A stretch of DNA of 63,100 nucleotides, filler included, from Octopus bimaculoides (taxonomy: Eukaryota), in assembly GCF_001194135.2 (NCBI RefSeq). It is 5 parts of 4 records of this genome, joined end to end, with 100 filler letters (N's around TTAATTAATTAA, not from the genome) between each part and the next. Parts side by side here need not be neighbours in the genome. Positions count along the whole stretch, not along the records: positions 1 to 6,357 come from NC_068999.1; positions 6,458 to 16,770 come from NC_068989.1; 3 more parts are not named here. One strand, 5' to 3'. The position numbers were made by a program, and so were the translations under genes. Below, one piece after another: positions 1-10,935 of this stretch (positions are counted from its first letter, which is position 1; each line of letters begins with the position of its first letter). The notes under the pieces are model-generated. The model was not told where the DNA came from and ran no database searches. It saw only the letters and a list, made by a program, of their open reading frames with translations.

Positions 1-1368
1 TTTCCTGCCTGCCAAGACATGACCACCACCACCAAACAATACATACGCACACTCACATGCGCGCACACTTGTCTTGTTATTGGGCTCACACATTCGTTCA
101 CATTGGAACAGCAATATCACTTTCTACGTGTGTATGTATGTATGTGTGTATATATGTGTGTGTATGTATATATGAGTGTGTATATATATATATACATATA
201 TATATATGTATATATTTATGNNNNNNNNNNGAGAGAGAGAAAGAGTAGGGGTGGAATGTGAGTGGAAATCAGAGCGGGACGAGGAGTGTGAAAAAAAGAA
301 AGGGGTCGTAACGTGAGAGTACATAGAGAGGGGGATAGGAAAGTAAGATGAGTGAGAGAGAGGGTGAGAGAAGAGATGAAGAGGAATGTGAGAGGGGGGG
401 AGTAGCTTCTGAATGGCTGAGAAAAAAAAAAGTGACGGACAAAAATTAACAGAAAATAAAAAATTTATATATAAATAAAAGACTTCTTTTTTCCACAAAA
501 GACCAAAATAAACTTTAAAAAATATAAAATAAGCTAAATATAAAAAAAATAACTAATTAAAAAAATACGATCGAACCAAAAATACAGCCAAAACCCGTTG
601 CACAATCCCACAGTTTTTCCTTCTAGCCGAGGTGGTGGTCGTTGGCTGAATGCGATACCCCGCCCCAACTCTCCCTCACACAACAGCCTAAATTAGATGA
701 TTAGCATTCCGCCTCTCTNNNNNNNNNNNNNNNNNNNNNNNNNNNNNNNNNNNNNNNNNNNNNNNNNNNNNNNNNNNNNNNNNNNNNNNNNNNNNNNNNN
801 NNNNNNNNNNNNNNNNNNNNNNNNNNNNNNNNNNNNNNNNNNNNNNNNNNNNNNNNNNNNNNNNNNNNNNNNNNNNNNNNNNNNNNNNNNNNNNNNNNNN
901 NNNNNNNNNNNNNNNNNNNNNNNNNNNNNNNNNNNNNNNNNNNNNNNNNNNNNNNNNNNNNNNNNNNNNNNNNNNNNNNNNNNNNNNNNNNNNNNNNNNN
1001 NNNNNNNNNNNNNNNNNNNNNNNNNNNNNNNNNNNNNNNNNNNNNNNNNNNNNNNNNNNNNNNNNNNNNNNNNNNNNNNNNNNNNNNNNNNNNNNNNNNN
1101 NNNNNNNNNNNNNNNNNNNNNNNNNNNNNNNNNNNNNNNNNNNNNNNNNNNNNNNNNNNNNNNNNNNNNNNNNNNGTGTGTATATATATATATACATATA
1201 TATATATGTATATATTTATGCGTATATGTATATATACATGTGTGTATCTATGTATATATTTGTGTGTATATGTGTATCTATGTATATATTTGTGTGTATA
1301 TATATATACATGTATATATTTATGCGTATATATATATATATAGATACACGTGTGTATCTATGTATATA

Positions 1369-1399
<31 letters not shown>

Positions 1400-2139
1400 G
1401 TGTGTATACATACATACACACAAATCTATCTGTGTACACATATGTGGAAAGTATTTAAAAAAAATATATATATATATACGTCCGTATATGAGGGTGTACA
1501 TGTGGATGTTTATGTGTGCGTACCCACTCACGTATAATGTGTGTATGTATTAACAGTAGTCCCATTGTGTCCAGAAGGAACTGTGTGGGTAGTGGTAGGA
1601 GGAAGGGACCTCGCCGTAGTGGCAGTAATAGTAGTCCAGTGTTGATTGGTTGAAAATTCATTGTTTTTTTTTTTTTACTCTTTTTATACACATTTATTTA
1701 ATTTTTTTACCTTAGTACTTTTTTCTTCTAATTTAGTCCAGCCTTGCTGCGGATGGTAGTGGAAATAATGGTACAGCTAGTAGTATGTGGTGGTACTGTG
1801 CTTATTGAACGGTATGGGTGATGGTGGTTGCGCTGTCTCTAATGGTAGTATTGGTGTTTGATAGCGAGTGGTGTGGCTACCAGTGTTGCTGTCGTGGTGG
1901 TGGCGATGGTGATGGTGGAATTATATCGTCTTATTGACATTAACCATTTGAAATGTTTCTATGGAAACCAGTGTTCCAGGCCAGTGGCGGCGGTGGTAGT
2001 GTTGTTGTTAGTGTTGTTTGATAATGGTGGTGGTTATTGAAGTAAAGAGAGAGAGTGAGAGAGACCAACTGTATCATTTCCTTTCTCAATGTATGTGTCT
2101 GTGTGTGTTGTTTTATGTATGTGAATTGTCACAGCTTAT

Positions 2140-2388
2140 CTCAACCTCTTTTCTGGTTTTGAAATTTCTCTCTCATCATCACACACACAATCTCTCTCTT
2201 TCTCTCACTCTCCCTTCCTAGTCTCTCTGTACTTTACTCTCTGAGTCTCTCTCTCGTTCCTGCTGTTTCTCTATCTTTCTCTCTCTCAGTCTCTCTATCT
2301 TTTATTCTCTGACTGTCTCTCTCTCTAATCCTCCAATTTCTCTCTTTTTTCTCTCCCCCTCTCTCGTCTATCTCTCTATCTTTCGCTC

Positions 2389-2420
<32 letters not shown>

Positions 2421-2990
2421 CAGCCCTCCAATTACTCTCTCTTTCTCTCTCCCTCTTTCAAGATATTTTTGCTCTCAACGTCATCGTATCTCCCCAGCTT
2501 TTTTATCAGCCCCTTCTCTCTCTTTATCTGGGCGAGTTGACATTACTCTCTCCCCATCTCTAGCTCTCTCTAGATCTCTCTGTCAGTTTCCCTCCCCTCT
2601 CACTCTCCCTCTCTCTCCTCTTCTATTATCCCGTCTAACTCCAGCAAGTTGACATACAATTTCTGTCTGCTCACCCTCTCTCATCTCTCACAATATTTCC
2701 TTATTACACCTCTCTCTCCCTCATCCCCTCTCTCTCTCCATCCCCTCTCTCTCTCCCTCATCCCCTCTCTCTCTCCATCCCCTCTCTCTCTCCCTCATCC
2801 CCTCTCTCTCTCCCTCATCCCCTCTCTCTCTCCCTCATCCCCTCTCTCTCTCCCTCACCACTCTCTCTTCTAACTCTAGGAAATTAACACTTTCTCGTTA
2901 CTCCCTCTGCCTCCATCTCTTTCTTTCTCTCTCTCTCTCTTTCTCTCTTTCTCTCTCTCCCTCTCTCTCTTTCTGGCGCTTCAGCTATTA
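2140..2990. repeat. (CT)n-rich low-complexity region containing an approximately 20-bp minisatellite (CCCTCATCCCCTCTCTCTCT) at about 2715-2860
   Basis: Tandem units are directly visible. Confidence 0.9.
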
Positions 2991-3759
2991 CTCTATTTTT
3001 CACTAGGCCTGACTGACACAAAGTAGAAAGATAGATAGATTAAAGAGCGAGAAAGAAAAAGAGACAGACGGAGATTACATAGTATGTTGCTTAGCCTCAA
3101 GGTCAGCTCTGGGTCTTTTTAAAAAGCATTTTATCCATGACCATCCCGTTGATATGACATTAACCTTGCTCTTTTATTCCCGAAGACTGCCCGTTATAAA
3201 TTTTTTTGGGGAAATTGGTTGCTATTTCTAACAGGTCAAGCATCCATGTCAAGGCAAGCTCGTTAGATTGCGGGTGGTTGTCAGTAAAACAAACCAAGTC
3301 TCTCTTGGTGATTGGAGTTTACAGTTTTCAGGTTCAATTCTCAAGTGGAGTTATTTTACTTTCACATACATACCAGTAATTATCTGGAGAAAAATTATCA
3401 ACAGTACAACAAGCCCACTTCCCGATCCCCACCTCTCTCTATCATTCTCCTATTCCTCAAATCAAGGATATTGACCTCCATCACCCATTGATGGATACTT
3501 GTGAACATGGAAGGGCTGTTGATTTCCTAGCACACATTGTGTGTGTGTATGTATATGAGTATATGCAAATATCTTTGTGACTGGTTATGTGCATGTATGC
3601 ATACGGGTATGCATCTATATATGCCTGTATGCATATATGTATGCCGATGTGTGTACATATATATATATGCATATGCATGTTTACATGTATAGATGTTCGT
3701 ATATATGTGCACATACATATGTGTATGTGTGCATTAGTCTGTGTGTGTATGTATGTATG

Positions 3760-3818
<59 letters not shown>

Positions 3819-3934
3819 TCTCTCTCTCTTTCCTTTCCCGAGCGTCCAATAACACTATCCGTATCACGTCCTCACTTTGTTGTTTTTTGTTATTGTTTTT
3901 TTGTGTGTTTTTGAACTTATATATATATATATAT

Positions 3935-4135
3935 ATGAATAATTCACAAAAAGAAGGGACGAAGACAGGTGGTGTAGAAAACAAACAGATGTATTAGTAT
4001 AACGCTCGGGAATTTAAGAAGTCTTTAACATTTCGAGCCTACGCTCTTCCACAGAAATGAACACAGGAAGAAACAAGGAGAGAAAAAAAAATGTGTGTAG
4101 TGGTTAGCGATCTATCATGGCGTATATATAAATAT
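3935..4135 (-). mobile_element. Probable Penelope-like element terminal (pLTR-like) fragment with a degenerate minimal hammerhead motif
   Basis: Minus strand reads CTGTGGA-A-GAGC-GTAG-GCTC-GAAA-TGTT (4027-4054), flanked by (TA)n. The architecture resembles minimal hammerheads in PLE terminal repeats, but the core is non-canonical. Confidence 0.45.
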
Positions 4136-4678
4136 GCATGTATGCATCTATACATGCCTGTATATTGTGTGGTTGATTAGCTTGGTGTATATTGTTGTTT
4201 TACACCAGACCAGCTCTAAATGATCACATCATGGCCATTCTCCCTCCCTCCCTCCCTCTCTTTCTCTTCAAATATTTTTCTCAACTACACATCATCCAAT
4301 TCATCCTTCCGTTTTAAAGACCGTGTCATGACTCTGGGTAGATTTAGCTGCCATTCCTAGCAGATAGAGGTAGCTTCATATAGTGGCGAGTGGTAGAGAG
4401 AAGGGAAAATTGTTTCTTTTTTTCTTTGTTGCTCTGCTACTACTGCTACTACTGCTACTGCTACCACTGCTACTACTACTGCTACTGCTACTAACTACAA
4501 TAAAATAAAATGACCCTTGTTACAGTGCCGTTGTATAGCTATCTGTAAACTACATATCGATATGCCAGGCGTCTGACATTTTATAAATGCAGCAAGCCAG
4601 CCTCTTTGCAAACAACACATTCATGCAGTGCGTACGATGGAGCGAGAAAGAGAGAGACTGTATATGCGAGTTTGTGTT

Positions 4679-4714
<36 letters not shown>

Positions 4715-4964
4715 TGTTTGATAGATGGACATAGAGTGAGCGACTTTGTTTATACAACACTTATAGTCTTTATCAATCCATCTCTTCACATCCCCATAGT
4801 TACTGGCGTACATGTATACATACATAGTGTGTGTATAAATATATATATCTGTGTGTGTGTGTGTGTGTGTGTGATCTGTTGATTCACCAGAAGCAATGAA
4901 TTACAGGACACCTTTCAAATAAAGGGTATTCACGAAAAGATTTGTAACCGAAAGGCTCATATTT

Positions 4965-5074
4965 CTAGTACTCGGAATGGCTCATATTTCTAGTACTCGG
5001 AATGGCTCGTTTCTGATCTTCAACTGAACCGGGTTTTCTTTTGAATATCCACTGTGTGAATATTTTTTCGAAAC
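4965..5074 (-). CDS. Candidate terminal coding exon of an unknown gene (GFEKIFTQWIFKRKPGSVEDQKRAIPSTRNMSHSEY*)
   Basis: Acceptor tttcattgcag| at 5075; open phase-1 frame compatible with the candidate exon 6539-6639, but an artificial spacer lies between them. No recognisable domain. Confidence 0.3.
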
Positions 5075-5380
5075 CTGCAATGAAAGTTTGAAGTAAACGT
5101 TCTTTTATTAAAAAAAAACAAAAAACAAACCTTTTGTGAACGACAGATGTGAAAATGTCTGCTTCAAGCGGACTCTTTTAATTTCGTTTCGGGTTCTCGT
5201 GGTAACATTTATTGTAAATGTCAGAAACTCCATGCAAACAGAAATCGTGAAATTGCTTTGCTGCATAAGCAACGTGCGAGAATAATACTTTCTAAGTAAT
5301 CCTTTTAATTAATAATTTTAATTAGTGTTTCTAAAACCAATGAGTGCATATGCAAGTGTCTCGGGCTATATATGTGTGTG

Positions 5381-5685
5381 AGCAGGCGTGGCTGTGTGGT
5401 AAGAAGCGTGCTTTCCAACCACGTGGTCCCGGGTTCAGTCCCGCTGCGTGACACATTGGACAAGTGTCTTATATTATAATCTTGGGCCGACCGAAGCTGT
5501 AATTGTCCCCCCCCCTACGCCCTACAATCACCACTTGACAATCGGTGCTGGTGTGTTTACGTTCCCGTAACTTAGCGGTTCTGCATATGAGACCGATAAA
5601 ATAAGTACTAGGCTGTCAAAATAAGTCCTGGGGTCACTTTGTTCCTCTAAAGTCCTTCGGTGAAGTGACTGAACCGAATAAAACA
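5381..5685 (+). mobile_element. tRNA-derived SINE group A, internally deleted (lacks the central microsatellite)
   Basis: Head GCAGGCGTGGCTGTGTGGTAAG with B-box GGTTCAGTCCC; 3' half CTTGACAATCGGTGCTGGTGTGTTTACG...GACTGAA matches other copies in the window. Confidence 0.85.
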
Positions 5686-6323
5686 ATATATATATAGTCT
5701 TATGTACATACGTATGTGCAGGTATTTTTCACGTGAACTTGTATCACATAAATTCACACACACACATGTAAATGCATACACACACGCGTGTGCACACAGA
5801 CTAGCATGATATTTATGTGTTTAAGAAATTTGCTCCCCGACCACATGGTTTTGGGTTTTTCGGCCCACTGCGTGGCATCTGGGGTTTAGTGCTTTTTCAT
5901 ACAACCCTTGGACCAGCCAAAAGCTGTTCATTGGGTTGACAGAATGAAAGAAATCTGTTAGGCGTGTGTGTCCCCTTGTGTCCCCTTGTCTTGACATCCA
6001 GACCCAGGCCATCACATCGCCCCCCACCCCAGTACTTAACTGGTACTTACTTTCAACAACCCCGATAGGATGAAAGGTAAAGTCGACCTTGGTGGAATTT
6101 GATAATAATGATGTGATTCGTGTGCCTGGTGTACCCCCTATCAGATGGGGTAGTCATGGTGGATTTATTGGGCTTCATGCATTTATATCCCAGCGTCACT
6201 TCGTTTGTGTGCGCCCCTCTCTCAAAAACAACAACAAAAGGTTTCTTGTACACACCAAAATGGTCACGAATTTTTGTTGGGGTTATAACAGTTGAATATA
6301 ATAAGGTATAGCTGTGCTTTGGT

Positions 6324-6357
<34 letters not shown>

Positions 6358-6457
6358 NNNNNNNNNNNNNNNNNNNNNNNNNNNNNNNNNNNNNNNNNNN
6401 NTTAATTAATTAANNNNNNNNNNNNNNNNNNNNNNNNNNNNNNNNNNNNNNNNNNNN
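6358..6457. other. Artificial contig/scaffold spacer
   Basis: Exactly 44 N + TTAATTAATTAA (stops in all six frames) + 44 N = 100 bp; identical at four places in the window. Confidence 0.95.
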
Positions 6458-6533
<76 letters not shown>

Positions 6534-6538
6534 CATAC

Positions 6539-6639
6539 CTGCCTTGTATGTGTATGAAGAAAATTTCTTGTTCTTCCTGTAATGTTTCTCTTTAAAACGT
6601 TGAAGACATGTTCGTTGCTCCAGCAACTCAGCTATTTTT
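6539..6639 (-). CDS. Candidate internal exon of an unknown gene (KIAELLEQRTCLQRFKEKHYRKNKKFSSYTYKA)
   Basis: Acceptor tcttttgattcggacag|, consensus donor CAG|GTATGT, 101 nt, only one open frame (phase 2 to phase 1), unique sequence. Confidence 0.4.
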
Positions 6640-7157
6640 CTGTCCGAATCAAAAGATGTTACGTTTCATTGCGAATATATTTTACTAAACGTTAGCATTT
6701 AATTTTTTTGTTTTAACTTTCATTGTCACTCTTGTTTATTATTTTCTTCACTCGTTTATAGCATTATATATTTTCCTCTATATGCGACTCAGGAAAATAT
6801 ACATGAAATAATAAACCACAAATTTTTTTCGTGTATGTCTCTCACTGATAAACCATTTATTTACTTTATTTACTTTGTACTGAATATGAACTTACGATAT
6901 ACTTTTTAATATGCTTCTTCTTGAAAATGTTTTATCTATTTACACAATATAGCTTTCTTCAATATATTTCGGATTTGATTTCTATGTTTTCATAGTACAT
7001 ATAACTGTCGGCAAATTGGGAAGGTTTCAAATAAGTTTATACAGAATCTATATTTGATGATAATCTTAAAAAACAAATTCATTGAAGCAAATCATATATC
7101 TTTTACGTTCATGATCTTATACAATAAAAATTAAAACAACTGTGTATTATATTTCAC

Positions 7158-7228
7158 CTGGCGAACTTTTGTCGTTGTCCAATGCAATGTTTTGGTAAGA
7201 CAGAAATTTTCTGAATTTGAAGCTTTTT
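7158..7228 (-). CDS. Candidate internal exon of an unknown gene (71 nt)
   Basis: Acceptor atatttcag|, donor CAG|GTGAAA. All three frames are open; the KKLQIQKISVLPKHCIGQRQKFAR frame splices in frame to 6639. Confidence 0.3.
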
Positions 7229-7499
7229 CTGAAATATTTATTTCATAGTTGACTTGTATGTTGCTTCCATGTACGTATGTTTGTATACCATATATATCTA
7301 TGCACCAAAGACATGGAATTTGTTATATATTAGTAGTGCTTCGTGTTATTTAGTAGTCACAGCTCAGGTCTCATTGAGTAAGTATGTAACCACAGTTGTT
7401 ACATCTATCAATATCCCATGTTCTCTTCGGATCTTGCGCATGAAGGGCCACGCTATTCAGACATATACCAATCTATTAAGAAATTAGTATTTTGTGTTC

Positions 7500-8460
7500 A
7501 TGTAATTTTGGCTGCTATTTCTATGAAAAGGTCGATGAAACGAATCAAGCAGGAGATTAAGTTAGAAGTGATGTACCTTGGTATCAAACACATCGTTTCT
7601 GCTTGTGGGTTTGTTGCACGTCAGCAAGAGTTTACTAGAAAAGAGTGTGAGACATGTGTGAGTCTTTAATGTAGGTGTACTTGTGGAAATAGAATGCGTG
7701 TAGTGGTAAGATATGTATAGCTTTTGCGGTGATGGGCAGTGACATGCACATCTCTGTTCGTTGGTGTGTTTTCATGCTTTTATGTTTTGATTAAATTCTT
7801 TGGATATTTATGCATGCATGCGGTGCACGTAGGGGTACAATATTTCTGTGAGCTTATATTGTGGGTAGTGGAAAAAGACTATTGGGTGGATGTCCGCAGT
7901 GCTGGGGAGTGTGTGTTTGCTTGTGGGTGAGTTAGTGTATGTTCTGGTCAAATATATGCCGGACTCACAGGTATTGGTGGAGGGCCCAGGTATTGAGGGA
8001 GTCTGGCAAAGTGTTTGACCAGATCATACGCTAACGCTCCCACAAATAAACACACACGGCCCCGTACGAAAGCCACCTACCCAATAGACGTTTCCATGAC
8101 CCCCAATATAAGCGCCAAAACCTATTATACCCCTACACACAAATCATGCATACATAAATGCCCCACAAATTTAACCAAAACACAAAATAAATGAAACACA
8201 TTCACGAACATGACCCCACCACCACAACCATACATGTAGTACCACTACACACATTCCATTTCCACAAGAAAACCAACCTTAAAAATACACTCACTTGCCA
8301 TACGCTCTTTTCCAGAAAACTCTTGGCAACTTGCAACAAAACCACCATTCCCAAGAGACGGTGTTTTGACACCAAGGGACATAACTCTTAACTTGATCCC
8401 TTGCTCGATTTGCTTCATCATCGTCTTCACGGCAACCACAAACCAGGTGTGTCTATTCAC
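7500..8460. repeat. Long imperfect inverted repeat (foldback) of LINE/Penelope-like sequence
   Basis: 7500-7967 is the reverse complement of 8000-8460 at roughly 70% identity by eye, with a loop of about 30 nt. Frames such as LTRTYTNSPTSKHTLP vs LTRSYANAPTNKHTRP and TLFSSKLLLTCNK vs TLFSRKLLATCNK are shared. Confidence 0.8.
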
Positions 8461-8677
8461 CTCTAACGATAGAGAGTTATCGGCATATTTAATTCCATAA
8501 CGGCTTCTCTGAAGAGCAGGGGGATACATAATCGGACTATTATCTAATATTCCGTTGTACTCTTAGTACCCCTAGTGGTAATATCGGTCGTTATGGTCAT
8601 ATAATATTGTACACTTCGATTAATACATACATATGTGTGTGTGTGTGTATTTATGAAAGTGTATATATGGATATATA

Positions 8678-8905
8678 TACCTTTTTACCTTCTACTTGTT
8701 TCAGTCATTTAACTGTGGCCATGCTGGGGTACCGCCTTGGAAATGTCCTTAGTATAACAAATTGATTCCAGGACATGTTTTTACAAACTTAATACGTATC
8801 CTACCAGTCTCTTTAGCCGCACCGCTAGTTTAAGGTGACGTAAACACACCAACTCAAGTTGCCAATCGGTGGAGGTAGTAGCACAGGCTCAAATACACAC
8901 ACGCA
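8678..8905 (-). mobile_element. SINE group A, 3' half
   Basis: TACTTGTTTCAGTCATTTAACTGTGGCCATGCTGG...GTAAACACACCAAC, matching other copies. Confidence 0.8.
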
Positions 8906-8908
8906 CAC

Positions 8909-8952
<44 letters not shown>

Positions 8953-10736
8953 GGGGGCCTTTTCAGTTTCCACATGCCAAATCTACTCACAACATATCAG
9001 TCTTATTTTCTCTCTCTCTCTACCTCTCCTCTTCCTTATCTCTCTCTCGCGTTGCTCTCTTTTTCTCTCACACACCCGTGTGTGTATGTGTGTGTATGTG
9101 TATAAACATGTGTGTTTATGCATGGGGTTTGGTATGTGCGTACTTGCACATATCGTGTACATAATCTTTAGGCATATATATAATTTAAGCACAATATAAA
9201 TGGAATATCGACATTCTACTCGTATTGATAGACATTATGTTTAGCAATATGAGCCCTGTCGGTGACATGTGCACGCATATGTCTATTATGAGAAGAAAAG
9301 GTTATATTTAAAAGGTTATATTTAAAAGGTTATATTTAAAGTGATACTTAGAAATGTACAAGCAGTAGTAAAATACTCTGTTTTCCCTCAAATTAAGGTT
9401 TACTTTTGACTTTTTTCATAGATTTACATTTTCTCATAGTTCTCTGTGTAAGTATATGTAGGTCATTTTAAAAATCCATGAATCTAGACATATAAGTGGA
9501 CATTATATTGATCTTGGACATAAAACCTTGAATTTTGTTTAAAGCTTGCATCAGTGCAGTGGTTATAATCTGCATGTGTTAAGGTTCCAGTTTCTTCCAA
9601 TGCACATATCAGTAATATTAAGCCTAAAACGTACGCTTGAGATTTAATGAGATGATCACAATCTTTTTATATCTGAGGTTGTTAAATCTATGTTTTTTAA
9701 AGCTGCTAGATTTGAAATGGTATCTGGTAAGGTTATTGCATAAATCATCTCTGATTATTTTCATTCTAAGAGATATAATGAGAAGTAAACCGGTATTATG
9801 AGATACAACGAAGATAGATAGTAATAGTATTAGCCATTGCGATATTTTAGCTATCCTCATATTACATCATGTAAATTGATACATTTCTTTTTTTTTTTTT
9901 TTTNNNNNNNNNNTTTTTTTTTTTTTTTTTTTCAGTTTGTGATCATTTTTTGGTTTTCAGTTTGATTATTTAATCTCCTTGACAGAAACTGCAGTATTAA
10001 ATTTTGAAAGGATTATTATACTGTATACTAAGATACGAACGCTCATATAAATTCTGAATATCTATGGACCTGGAGATCCTACTTGAAATAAACAGAAAAT
10101 AATGCTGATTTTATATGAAAAAGGAGCTAACAGGGAGTTAAAATATTACAGCTTGTAGCAATTCCAATTTTACTTCTAAATGTCATCAGACATGTAAACT
10201 AAGCCATAAATAAGACAACGGGAAAAAACTAAAACTAAGAAAAATATATCTAGCAGTTTTAATGTCCGTAGGATTAATTTAAGTCTCTCATGAAATCTTT
10301 CATGATATAAATTCTCCTTTCATATTTATAGAGTAGTTACTTTCTTTATGAGAACAGCTGCATCCAACTTTACCCTCTCTCTATACATATATTAAAGTAA
10401 AATAGCCTTGTATATATATTTATGTATACAAACACACACACACACACATGTATATATATATATTTTTTTTTTCATATATGTGTTTGTCTGTGTGTCTGCG
10501 TAAGTGTGCGTGTGTGATATTTCAGTAACATCAATTAATAATAGATGTAATAATACGACAGTATGTATCTGCGAGAAGGTTAGGGAAAACAAGAGTTAAT
10601 GTCTAATGACATGGATTTTAGAGCGATAGGAAAATTCTAGTTAGACGGTTTCTATTTGATATTTTGTTTTCAGAATAACTAACCAGATATTAAACAAGTA
10701 ATATTATATTACACAAAAAACAATTTGAAGTAAAAC

Positions 10737-10935
<199 letters not shown>

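Noticed and set aside
19-1691. ORFs rich in Y/I/V/C/H/T (also at 3.5-4.0, 16.5, 26.1, 28.7 and 54.5 kb)
   Set aside because: Translations of (TA)n, (TG)n and (CA)n microsatellites.
1760-2040. Val-rich, membrane-like ORFs
   Set aside because: Degenerate (GTG/GTA/GTT)n low-complexity sequence.
6402-6413. TTAATTAATTAA as a conserved regulatory motif
   Set aside because: Always centred in 44+44 N; an artificial six-frame stop linker.
9295-9340. Triple AAAGGTTATATTT repeat as a regulatory element
   Set aside because: A short AT-rich slippage duplication with no supporting context.
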